Shown here: positions 38,787-47,560 of the stretch, piece by piece
How positions within the stretch are numbered: the stretch's first letter is position 1
Layout of the letters: each line of letters begins with the position of its first letter
Source: a virus
Reading direction: 5' to 3' (one strand)
IMG/VR virus record: IMGVR_UViG_3300037882_003154
Location: 57,374-121,373 of that record
Length of the DNA stretch: 64,000 bases
The notes under the pieces: generated by a model
What the model was told of the DNA's origin: nothing
What the model saw: the letters and a program-made list of their open reading frames with translations, nothing else
Database searches by the model: none
Translations under genes and position numbers: made by a program

Positions 38787-41212
38787 GATTCACACCCAGG
38801 GTCATTGATGCTACAAAATGCTGGCAACTTATTGAGCTCTTGGGAAACCGGAATATTAACTGTTGATTTTTCTACTCTGGATGCCACAGTATTTCTAAGA
38901 TAATATGTGGTTTTAAGTCCACTGTCATAACAATACATATACATATCAGACAGTTCTTTCAAAGAACTGCCCTTATTATATAAGTTCATACTGATGCCAG
39001 TGTCAATCCATTGTTGTCTAGCCTTGGTGGCATCTATTAACTTAAACATATTCCTATCAAAGGCTGTCTTGTATTTATCTTTATATTTTTGTGGTATGTT
39101 TTCTAATCTATTAATATCACCATCTACAGCCTTAATAGCTTCTGACAAAGCGGGCGACCAAAGCCCCTCCTTTTTCATATCATTAACAAAATGCTCATTA
39201 ATAATATAAAAATTACCAGACTTATTTTCATATACAAACAAAACACTATAATTGGGCTCTATTGATTGTTCGACCCCACAAATATAGCTTATGGTTGCTG
39301 TGGGCTGAATACAATTAACCTGACAATTTCTAATACCATTGGTAGCTATTATTTGCCTAGCGGTTTCCCATCTATGCTTGCCAAAGGAAAAATGATGAAT
39401 TTCATCTTTAATACCAACCTCAAATGGAAGTTTGCCATTGCTCCATTCGCTATTGGGATAGTTTTCATAACACCCACGTTCTTTTGCCAGAGCCCCAGAA
39501 GCACAAATAGAAGAAAAGGCTATATTTTCGGCTATCTCACTAGCCAATCTGATTCCATCATCCGAGTCATAGACTATATCTAACATATGGCAGACATCAT
39601 GGAACCCCATAACGCCAAGCCCTATTGGACGATTAGCAAGATTAGATTTTTTACCCTCTTGTGTTGGGTAATAATTGATGTCTATAGCATTATCCAGGGC
39701 TCTTATGGCTAGTTGTATAGAGTGATCTAAGATTCCCCACCTAATTGGATTAGCGGCGTCCCCCCTGTTTACAAACTGTGTTAAGTTTATAGCCAACAAA
39801 TTACAATTAAAGCTTTCACCATACCCAATCTTTGCGCCCTCTGGATTATACTGTGACACATGTGTATGTCCCAAAATTTCGGTACATAAATTACTAGATC
39901 GAACAATGCCACAGTGCTTATTCATATATCTAGCATTAGATGGGTCTTTAAAAGTAATCCAAGGATATCCATTTTCAAAGAGGTTTTTGAGTATCTTTTT
40001 CCACAGATCTTTTGCCTTAATAATCCTGTGTCTTATCTCATTTTTATTGGCTAGTAATATGTATTTGTTATATTCTTCATTAAACTTTTCACCATATGTT
40101 TCATTTAAAGACCCAGTTTCACTTGGGCAAAACATATACCAGTCTTCGTCTTTTTTTATCTTTTCAAAAAAGATATCTGGGCACCAAGCAGCTAGATTAA
40201 GATCGTGTGTTCTTCGTCTCTCTTCTCCAGTTGTCTTTCTTAAATCACAAAACTCTTCAAAATCTAAGTGCCAGGGCGACAGATAAATGCACATAGCTCC
40301 GGGTCTTTTGCCAGCCTGATCTACCGCAACCATAGTATCATTGTATATTTTTAACCAAGGAACTATACCAGAGCTACTACCATTAGTGCCCTTAATATGA
40401 GATCCAGTAGCCCTAACACTAGAAAAATCAACACCAAGCCCATAAGAATACTTGCTTTTACGAGCTTCCTGGTGCAGGGTTTCAAATATAGAGTCTATGG
40501 AGTCGCCCACCGTTACTAGATCACATGAACTTAATTGTGAGTGCCTTGTGCCAGAATTGAATAATGTAGGTGTTGCTGGCATGAAATATAGCTGACTTAT
40601 GGCATGGTATATCTCAATAGCGACTTTTTCTTTTTCTTTTTCATTATAACACAACCCCATAGCCACTCTCATAAAGAAAGCTTGAGGGGTTTCCATTCGA
40701 GCCCCATTATATTGTATTAAATACCTATCATACAGTATTTGGGCGCCGTGGTACTTCAGTAGATTGTCCCTAGAAGGCTCTAGGACTCGATTTATGACCT
40801 TCAGATTGAAGTCTAGGAGTCTAGAGTCAAGTATGTTATTTTTTATTAAAAGCTTTAAATTAGAAATAAATGACTTGTGATATTGTAATCTAAAAACATC
40901 AGAGTCTGCTCCCTCATCAAAAACCTCTTTATACAGAGAATTTAGAAGCAGTTTGGCGGCTACATAGCTATAATTTGGGTCTTTCTCTATCTTAGAGCGA
41001 GCCGTTAGCACCAACTCCCTGTGTATATCCTTTGTGGATATTTTATCAAAAAGATTTAGGTGGGCATCTAAGACTATTTCAGAAGCCGACACATCTGCAA
41101 TACCGACACAAGCCCTTGACACAACCGCATTGATTTTGTCTACATTCAATTTTTCCAGTTTACCACTGCGTTTTTTGACTGATATTGGCTTTGCTTCTTG
41201 CTTTTGTGACAT
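38777..41212 (-). CDS. nrdA: Ribonucleotide reductase large subunit with ATP-cone
   Basis: VKKRSG ATP-cone, PATPTLFNSG, QLSSC, SSNLCTEI, CNL, PTATIS, C-terminal CESC. Confidence 0.95.
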   Translation of the reverse strand: MSQKQEAKPISVKKRSGKLEKLNVDKINAVVSRACVGIADVSASEIVLDAHLNLFDKISTKDIHRELVLTARSKIEKDPNYSYVAAKLLLNSLYKEVFDEGADSDVFRLQYHKSFISNLKLLIKNNILDSRLLDFNLKVINRVLEPSRDNLLKYHGAQILYDRYLIQYNGARMETPQAFFMRVAMGLCYNEKEKEKVAIEIYHAISQLYFMPATPTLFNSGTRHSQLSSCDLVTVGDSIDSIFETLHQEARKSKYSYGLGVDFSSVRATGSHIKGTNGSSSGIVPWLKIYNDTMVAVDQAGKRPGAMCIYLSPWHLDFEEFCDLRKTTGEERRRTHDLNLAAWCPDIFFEKIKKDEDWYMFCPSETGSLNETYGEKFNEEYNKYILLANKNEIRHRIIKAKDLWKKILKNLFENGYPWITFKDPSNARYMNKHCGIVRSSNLCTEILGHTHVSQYNPEGAKIGYGESFNCNLLAINLTQFVNRGDAANPIRWGILDHSIQLAIRALDNAIDINYYPTQEGKKSNLANRPIGLGVMGFHDVCHMLDIVYDSDDGIRLASEIAENIAFSSICASGALAKERGCYENYPNSEWSNGKLPFEVGIKDEIHHFSFGKHRWETARQIIATNGIRNCQVNCIQPTATISYICGVEQSIEPNYSVLFVYENKSGNFYIINEHFVNDMKKEGLWSPALSEAIKAVDGDINRLENIPQKYKDKYKTAFDRNMFKLIDATKARQQWIDTGISMNLYNKGSSLKELSDMYMYCYDSGLKTTYYLRNTVASRVEKSTVNIPVSQELNKLPAFCSINDPGCESCQ

Positions 41213-41230
41213 CTGTTTTTTTATTAATGA

Positions 41231-41797
41231 TTATTTTTGATAATTAATTTCATTGCCCCACACATCCCATCCAGCCGTTATTTGTCGAGCAAATAATTCT
41301 ATACGTGGGATATCACCACATAACTCAACTATTTTTTCTTTAACTATATCGGGTTTTTTAGAATGTCTTTCTTTTGGAGATATAACAACACTAGATACTT
41401 TGTTGCTAACTTTAATCAACCGCCCTTTGACACCAATTAAACACACTTCACAGTTGCTTTTAGTATATGAGCCAATACCAAAAAAGGGACCACCATTATT
41501 TTTATTGGTCTTAATCCAACTAAATCCTAGTGTTTTATACGTAAATCCCCACGCTTTGATCGTTTCAAAAGCCAGTGGAAGGTTTGGAAAAGTACCCCAT
41601 AGAAATAACATACAGTTTGTGTCGGCAATACTGTTGACTGGCAGTGATTTAATGTCATCTATAGACATTGTATTGTAATGAGACAGAGCCCCACCACATA
41701 TTCTTTTGTGCTTATTACGCTTATCTTTATATGCCCAAGGTGGATCGGCGTAAATAATACTATATTTTTTCTGTGGCAGCGGGTACATTTGTGTCAT
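41231..41797 (-). CDS. MT-A70 family adenine methyltransferase
   Basis: IIYADPPW, LFLWGT, WGF.YKT, WIKTN, HSKKP, IELFAR, WGNE. Start moved to MTQMY. Confidence 0.9.
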   Translation of the reverse strand: MTQMYPLPQKKYSIIYADPPWAYKDKRNKHKRICGGALSHYNTMSIDDIKSLPVNSIADTNCMLFLWGTFPNLPLAFETIKAWGFTYKTLGFSWIKTNKNNGGPFFGIGSYTKSNCEVCLIGVKGRLIKVSNKVSSVVISPKERHSKKPDIVKEKIVELCGDIPRIELFARQITAGWDVWGNEINYQK

Positions 41798-42074
41798 CTG
41801 TTTGTGGTTCCGGCTCACCATATGATGCAAAACCATCGGTTTGTACCAAATTGTCATCCTTGATCCCCTTCTTCTTCTTGTCTTTGCCTTGTGATGGCTG
41901 CTTTTTCTTAGCAAAAGACGGTCTCATTCTCTGATACCATGACCATCCTTCAAATGCATTTTTGAAGGACTTTTCTATTCTTCTAATGCTACCATCTTTG
42001 GTGGTTTGATTTAAGACAATCTCTAACCAACATTCATTATTATATTGTTCTATTGGCATTTTACTCCTCTTCAA
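41760..42074 (-). CDS. Hypothetical protein
   Basis: ORF in operon context. Confidence 0.5.
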   Translation of the reverse strand: MKRSKMPIEQYNNECWLEIVLNQTTKDGSIRRIEKSFKNAFEGWSWYQRMRPSFAKKKQPSQGKDKKKKGIKDDNLVQTDGFASYGEPEPQTDDTNVPAATEKI

Positions 42075-42387
42075 ATCCGTTGCCAGCTATGATACCATTC
42101 CATTCGCTGCTCTCATATTTATCGACAGCCATTTCTAAATCCTCATATAAGTCCACAAGATGGGTGTCATTATAAGACACTAATTTATCACTGATATTAT
42201 GCAATATACTGCGGATTACATCCTGGTATTCAGAGTCTTTAAGTAGTTTATCGACTTTGTGTTGTAGAGCACTCACTTTAGATCTCCTTATTTTTGTAGG
42301 CATACTAATCGCAAACTTTTTTTGACAAATCGCTTCAAGAAGAGAGGCAAAGCCATATACAAGGGTATCATTCGATGATATTTTCAT
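42061..42387 (-). CDS. Hypothetical protein
   Basis: ORF with ATGA overlap. Confidence 0.5.
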   Translation of the reverse strand: MKISSNDTLVYGFASLLEAICQKKFAISMPTKIRRSKVSALQHKVDKLLKDSEYQDVIRSILHNISDKLVSYNDTHLVDLYEDLEMAVDKYESSEWNGIIAGNGFEEE

Positions 42388-42896
42388 AGCCGTATAGTTA
42401 TACCAGGAATATCATGTTTCTGTATAGCGAATGATTGTTCATATATGTTTGTTGACATAAATAATTCCGCAATCTTCTCTCTATTTTCCTTATCATATTC
42501 TACTTTTGGCTTTGACCATTCACAATAATGAATGTTCTTAATACCACATTGCCACATTGCCTTTATACATTCACTACATGAATATCCACTAACATATGCT
42601 ATGGCGTCCTTTAATGGGGCAGTAGTATTATATATTGCATTGGCTTCGGCATGGACCATATATGGGTATTTTTCTGGTCCATAGTTTGGTAGATTACTAT
42701 CATCGACACCAGCAGGAAATCCGTTGTATCCCACAGATATTATTTTATGATCTCGAACGAAAACACACCCACATTTAGTTCGTGCATCTGGAGAACGTAC
42801 ACTTGCTAGAATTGCAAATGACAGAAAATACTCATCCCAAGATGGTATATCAATATTACGATGAATACTCTCGATTGATTGGGATGGTTGTTGCAT
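42384..42896 (-). CDS. dCMP deaminase
   Basis: WDEYFL, RSPD..TKCG, GYNG, HAEANAI, CSEC. Confidence 0.9.
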   Translation of the reverse strand: MQQPSQSIESIHRNIDIPSWDEYFLSFAILASVRSPDARTKCGCVFVRDHKIISVGYNGFPAGVDDSNLPNYGPEKYPYMVHAEANAIYNTTAPLKDAIAYVSGYSCSECIKAMWQCGIKNIHYCEWSKPKVEYDKENREKIAELFMSTNIYEQSFAIQKHDIPGITIRL

Positions 42897-43011
42897 TTTT
42901 AGTTTCGGTTTCGATGATATTAGAACGTTTTTGCTGTCTCATCTTCCTGTTCTGACGACTAGCAAATATCTTCTTTTTATTACGATTAACCCCACGGAAA
43001 GTCCTACCCAT
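42856..43011 (-). CDS. 51-aa Arg/Lys-rich peptide (not in ORF track)
   Basis: Manual translation MGRTFRGVNRNKKKIFASRQNRKMRQQKRSNIIETETKNATTIPINREYSS; ATG directly follows the upstream stop. Confidence 0.5.
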   Translation of the reverse strand: MGRTFRGVNRNKKKIFASRQNRKMRQQKRSNIIETETKNATTIPINREYSS

Positions 43012-43233
43012 CTATGCTGACTTTTCCATGATATTAGTGAACATCTTCTTGTAGTTTCTTATAACACAATCACAATAGTCTAATTGTGTTTGTGGTTCAC
43101 CATATTTAGAATAATCAATAGGGGCTGGTTGAATCATTCTATAGCCCCGCCCATGACATTTTCTACATGTAGCTTTGGCATATGCATTGGCTTTGCCTAG
43201 CATATCATTAATTTGACTATTTTCCACTTGCAT
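43012..43233 (-). CDS. Small Cys-rich (Zn-finger-like) protein
   Basis: CRKC.G.G...C.C. Confidence 0.55.
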   Translation of the reverse strand: MQVENSQINDMLGKANAYAKATCRKCHGRGYRMIQPAPIDYSKYGEPQTQLDYCDCVIRNYKKMFTNIMEKSA

Positions 43234-43598
43234 TAGCCAGCATCATCCAATAGTGATTGGATTTCCTCTGGTGTGCTATTAGCTGCAACACTCAATACAG
43301 CATTCACAAGCCCACTTGCATTTTTAGCAAAAGCCCTTGGGGACATATCGCCATTATCTACAAGACTTCTGCGTAGATTAAGCCTCACACCTATTCTTTG
43401 GATTAGTGTTGGATTAGCAGCATCGGCTGCAACAGTAGCCGAGTCAGCCTTGCACTTTTGTAGGGCTTGGATCAAAGGAACTAGAGCCTCTGCAATTAAG
43501 ATAATAATTGAGGGATCAAATGCGAATTCTTTATCGCTTGGATGGTTGCTTTGTAGTTTAGCAACAACTTTTTCAGCAAATGCTTGTACTTGGTTCAT
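43233..43598 (-). CDS. Hypothetical amphipathic/membrane-associated protein
   Basis: FDPSIIILIAEALVPLIQALQKC hydrophobic helix. Confidence 0.55.
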   Translation of the reverse strand: MNQVQAFAEKVVAKLQSNHPSDKEFAFDPSIIILIAEALVPLIQALQKCKADSATVAADAANPTLIQRIGVRLNLRRSLVDNGDMSPRAFAKNASGLVNAVLSVAANSTPEEIQSLLDDAG

Positions 43599-43621
43599 TG
43601 TGTATTGACTTTCTTTGTATA

Positions 43622-44014
43622 TTAGTGGTGTGAAACTCTTAGGGTACGAATATTGCGTTGTTTTACCACCACTCTTTGTACATTTCGTACCCGAACACTT
43701 TGGAAGAGATTCTGTACAGAATTTCGTAGATTTTGTAGCAATGGTTCTCGTACTACAACCTTTTGGACTACTTGTCTTTGAACATGTCGAACTTCTTGAA
43801 CTACAAACTGTGGAGCCAAAGCTAGCTTACGCACAACATTAAATCGCACAGTGTTGAAATGTGGTGATAATACCACTCTCTGCACAACAAAATTGTCATG
43901 TGATACACATAGGTTTCTTACGCGTTCAATGCGTAGATTATCGCAAGATTTTACCACAGACCCAAAGGATAAAAATGAGGCGACCAAGGCACCAATCAAA
44001 AAACGTCTAATCAT
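43622..44014 (-). CDS. Secreted low-complexity V/R/Q-rich protein
   Basis: Signal-peptide-like N-terminus; repeated VQRVV/VQKVV/VRVR tracts. Confidence 0.65.
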   Translation of the reverse strand: MIRRFLIGALVASFLSFGSVVKSCDNLRIERVRNLCVSHDNFVVQRVVLSPHFNTVRFNVVRKLALAPQFVVQEVRHVQRQVVQKVVVREPLLQNLRNSVQNLFQSVRVRNVQRVVVKQRNIRTLRVSHH

Positions 44015-44050
44015 AGCATTCCCCTTTTCTCTTATAGTTACTTTGTATGC

Positions 44051-44677
44051 TTACTTTAGCTTAGCCCAATCTTTCAATATAATTACATCTTCATCTGACA
44101 AAGGATCCCCACCCTTTGGCATTTTTTGTTCAAAAGCCTGAATAAAAATATCAAACTTTTGTTCTCGATTCAGTTGAGACAGCTTGTTATCTTTAATGAT
44201 CTCAAGTCCACCATTTATTGTATCCCCCGAATGGCATTTTGCACAGTTCTTTTTTAATATTTCAAGGGATTTTAATTTTAATTTATCTGTTGGTGTTTCT
44301 GGGCTGGCTGGCTCTACTGGTTCAGTATCATCTGGTGATGGATTATCTACTGGTGGTGGAGCATCTGGTTTTGTTGGCAAGGATAGTTTAGAAATCAGTT
44401 TGGCGACTATTTTCTCTGATAATTTTTCTAAATCATCGTCATCAATAGATAGTTCTGCTGAATCTTTAACCCTATAATAATATTCGAGCCCAAGGTCTGT
44501 TACTGGTACCTCAAATATAAAATCATTGTGTGATACAAATCGTCTATCAAAATTCCTACTAATGAACCTAACATTGCTCCGAGCTATGTTGAGCCCAATG
44601 TCACACTGATTGTCACCAGCATTAGCAAAGTTACAAGCGAACGATAAGATTGTGGCTAAGAATATTTTTTTAAACAT
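44051..44677 (-). CDS. Secreted monoheme c-type cytochrome (Planctomycete cytochrome C-like domain)
   Basis: Signal peptide ..FANA, Pro-rich linker, LKKNCAKCH (44231..44245), distal KMPK.G.PLSDED...LKDW. Confidence 0.8.
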   Translation of the reverse strand: MFKKIFLATILSFACNFANAGDNQCDIGLNIARSNVRFISRNFDRRFVSHNDFIFEVPVTDLGLEYYYRVKDSAELSIDDDDLEKLSEKIVAKLISKLSLPTKPDAPPPVDNPSPDDTEPVEPASPETPTDKLKLKSLEILKKNCAKCHSGDTINGGLEIIKDNKLSQLNREQKFDIFIQAFEQKMPKGGDPLSDEDVIILKDWAKLK

Positions 44678-44690
44678 TGAATGCCCCCTG

Positions 44691-46340
44691 CTACTTGTTT
44701 ATCCAATCAAAGTCTTGTTCTTTAATTGTAATCTTGAGACCATTGGCTACAAAAACATAGAGACCCTCAGAATTCTTATTTGGGCTCTCTAAGGTAATTA
44801 TATCACCGATTTGTAGTTCTGCAATTACACTTTCTTGTTTTGTAATCTTAAGATGTTTTTTAATCCTAACTGATAGTGGATTGACATCTTGTGTTTCTGT
44901 CTTGGATGTTGGTGGAGCCCTTTCTATTCTATGTATTAGCAACATAGCTTGAGCAAATATGCCACTATCTAGATCTTCCCACACATCTCTATTTATTGAT
45001 TTTTCTGTTTTTACTAGAGCCCCAAGTCTACCACTAATAGTTGGTGTACATTTGGTCTTAAAATCATCAACAGACAGCCCACATTCATATGCGGCATGAG
45101 AGATAGATAGAGATCTTTCATACCACTTAAGGATCTCTTGGTATAGTTTGGCATTCTCTAAACCACTTAGCCCATTAATAGACTGTACAGCCCCATTAAA
45201 TATCTCTTTATCAGCCGCAAACAACTTGCCCATAGGGCTCAGATAGAACCTTTCTACAGCAATTTGATATTCTTTGTTATATGTTAACAACTCTACACCA
45301 GATTTTAAATGTTCGCTTAGAGCATTGATGGGAATATTGATAGCGTCTGCATGGCATATAACACAAGATCTAGCGGTTCTAACCCGTATATCTTTAGTGT
45401 CCGTTCTATCCCAAACCACCGTTGGATCACCAAATTCGACACGTTTATTCTTACCATCATATAGAAAATACACCTGGAGACCTAGTTTGTTGGTAGTAAA
45501 CGTCTCACCTGCATCTCTGTCATTACGAGATAAGCCGGTTGGGTCTAGATTTTCGATATAGTCTTGGGCTCCTTCCGATGTTTTAACATCTGAAGTTTCG
45601 TAATAATAACCGAGCTCTGTTCTTGTTCTTGATATTTGTCTATTATTCCTAGACACCCCAGACGACCCTTTGTCTACTAATATCCCTTTTTCTATAGCCA
45701 GTCCCTCTATTTTCTTAACATCTACACCCCAGGCAGCCCTAAACTCTTCTAGTGTTTTTGGCACACCGGTTTTAGCATATAGTAATTCATAGTATAGTGG
45801 TGGCAATTCCCTATCAACTTGTTTTGTTACATCACTAGTATGAATGATAAACCAATCGGCTCTTACTATTGCATTTCCAGCCAGAGCCCTTAGTAATTCA
45901 TAATTTTGATATTTTATCCAAGGCTCTCTAAAATATGGCTCATGTATACTGACTTTTTCCCAGGCTTCTGGGGTCCAGCCGTAATCTCGTATATCAATCC
46001 ACCAGAGATCATTGTCGCCCTCTACTTTTCTAGCCTTTTGTACAATATTCTCATAGCTTAAACTATGCATCCAAAAGTTAAGAGTTTTAATTATACCATC
46101 TTTAACTTTTATATTTTCTTGTCTATTAATATTTTCATTAGTGATAACAATAGTATCTTCTACTGGAATATTGTACACAGAAAAAAATCTGATGTAAGGT
46201 CGCAAATCTGTCGATATAGTAACTAGAAATTCACTTGCAGCCTCAACTTCTGATTGTGGGCTGTTTATTTTGGCTTCTTGCCCAATAGAAATTCCAGTGA
46301 GGCAAAAAACAATTGCCAAACTAAAGATGAGCCTAAACAC
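44691..46340 (-). CDS. Secreted 549-aa protein with single CXXCH heme-c motif
   Basis: Signal peptide; RADWFI..LYYELL, SGVSRNNR, GGE-like AGE, GLQVYFL, SCVICH (45351..45365); possible C-terminal SH3-like region. Confidence 0.7.
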   Translation of the reverse strand: MFRLIFSLAIVFCLTGISIGQEAKINSPQSEVEAASEFLVTISTDLRPYIRFFSVYNIPVEDTIVITNENINRQENIKVKDGIIKTLNFWMHSLSYENIVQKARKVEGDNDLWWIDIRDYGWTPEAWEKVSIHEPYFREPWIKYQNYELLRALAGNAIVRADWFIIHTSDVTKQVDRELPPLYYELLYAKTGVPKTLEEFRAAWGVDVKKIEGLAIEKGILVDKGSSGVSRNNRQISRTRTELGYYYETSDVKTSEGAQDYIENLDPTGLSRNDRDAGETFTTNKLGLQVYFLYDGKNKRVEFGDPTVVWDRTDTKDIRVRTARSCVICHADAINIPINALSEHLKSGVELLTYNKEYQIAVERFYLSPMGKLFAADKEIFNGAVQSINGLSGLENAKLYQEILKWYERSLSISHAAYECGLSVDDFKTKCTPTISGRLGALVKTEKSINRDVWEDLDSGIFAQAMLLIHRIERAPPTSKTETQDVNPLSVRIKKHLKITKQESVIAELQIGDIITLESPNKNSEGLYVFVANGLKITIKEQDFDWINK

Positions 46341-46353
46341 ATTGAGCCTTTTT

Positions 46354-47265
46354 CTAGATTTTCACTACCCTATATCCAGGGATTGTAATAGATTCCACTG
46401 AACCGACTATCTTTATTATAGTCTCATGGGATGGATTTGGTGTGGGGTTTGGGGTTGGTGGGGTTGGAGTTGGGGTTGGGGTTGGTGGCGGATTGATCGG
46501 TGGCACATTTTGTGGTTGACCATATAATCTCTGGAGCCTTGGTATATCATCATTTTCCTGTGGCTTATCTACATTGGGATTATAGTATGGTGCTAGAAGT
46601 GCCGATTGTATTTTGGAATGGTTTAATCCAAGATTATGACCAACCTCATGGCAATGAACGTTCCTGAGCAATATGCCCCTCTTGTTCTTGTTATCAATCC
46701 ATGTCTCAGCCAAATCTAATGTTAGCGTTAGTTTGCCAGTAAAGCTAGGTGAATTGGGCAAATATGCATAAGCTAATACGTTCCCAGGAGTACCAAGCTC
46801 TTCACTAGCAGCCCTACTAGTTAAGATCACAAGATTTGCATTATCAGAAAAAACCTCTCTAAATTTAATGCCACAAACAGCAGATATAGAGTCATAAGAC
46901 CGTCTATATATGTCCCTCTGTTCTTGTTTTGTTAATCCATCAACCCATTCAGCAATATAATAGCTCAGTTCTTTAAGAGCCCATTTATTAACAGATGTAG
47001 CAGGTGTATTAGGACCTCTGCGCCAGAAAAACTCAGGAACATCTGGGTGGGCGCATCTAGGATAGTTCATAGCCCTAAATGTCTTGAGACCGACACCATT
47101 TTCAACTATATTGGCATTATATTGAAATTCTTTAATAGCCAAAGACACTTCGTCATCCGTGGCATCATCTGGTAATCTATAGTAGTGTTTCAGATATGAT
47201 AGAACATATAATAGATTGTCTTTGGCTTTGGTTAGATCAGCCTCTAAAAAGTGTTCTAGTCCCAC
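46354..47265 (-). CDS. Matrixin (M10/MMP-like) metalloprotease with propeptide
   Basis: AIKEFQ..M.YPRCAHPD propeptide, KW..L.Y, LAYAYLP, HEVGHNLGLNH, ALLAP, DDI..Q.LYG, Pro/Thr tail. Confidence 0.88.
   Translation of the reverse strand: MGLEHFLEADLTKAKDNLLYVLSYLKHYYRLPDDATDDEVSLAIKEFQYNANIVENGVGLKTFRAMNYPRCAHPDVPEFFWRRGPNTPATSVNKWALKELSYYIAEWVDGLTKQEQRDIYRRSYDSISAVCGIKFREVFSDNANLVILTSRAASEELGTPGNVLAYAYLPNSPSFTGKLTLTLDLAETWIDNKNKRGILLRNVHCHEVGHNLGLNHSKIQSALLAPYYNPNVDKPQENDDIPRLQRLYGQPQNVPPINPPPTPTPTPTPPTPNPTPNPSHETIIKIVGSVESITIPGYRVVKI
46431..46500. repeat. GGGGTT-type low-complexity repeat encoding a Pro/Thr linker
   Basis: tggggtttggggttggtggggttggagttggggttggggttgg encodes PPPTPTPTPTPPTPNPTPNP on the minus strand. 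Confidence 0.8.
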
Positions 47266-47274
47266 AATTACCGC

Positions 47275-47538
47275 CTACGGATTAGAAAACAGCTGCTTAA
47301 AAAACATAAACATCAGTGTTATAAATGGGGCTATTAGACCAGCTAAAAATCCCACAACACCAGCCTTAACCTTCAAGCCGTTTATATCTAAGGCTATCGG
47401 TTGTAATTTTGCTTCTAGGTCTCTGAATCTAGTGTCTAGCTTCACGTCTAGATTCGAGAATCTTTCCGCCAGATCTTCAAGTGCATTCAGGACGAACTTT
47501 TTGTTCTCAACCCAATCGCCGTTTTCAATATTTGGCAT
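47275..47538 (-). CDS. Holin-like small protein (coiled coil + C-terminal TM helix)
   Basis: Heptad region followed by AGVVGFLAGLIAPFITLMFMFF. Confidence 0.45.
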   Translation of the reverse strand: MPNIENGDWVENKKFVLNALEDLAERFSNLDVKLDTRFRDLEAKLQPIALDINGLKVKAGVVGFLAGLIAPFITLMFMFFKQLFSNP

Positions 47539-47560
47539 TATTTAGCCCCCAAATTAGTGA

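Noticed and set aside
45466-45474. Fourth GGTGTATTT copy
   Set aside because: Lies inside a coding region (GLQVYF), far from any start; likely chance.
46431-46500. G-rich repeat as a G-quadruplex or regulatory array
   Set aside because: Fully explained by the Pro/Thr linker codons of the protease.
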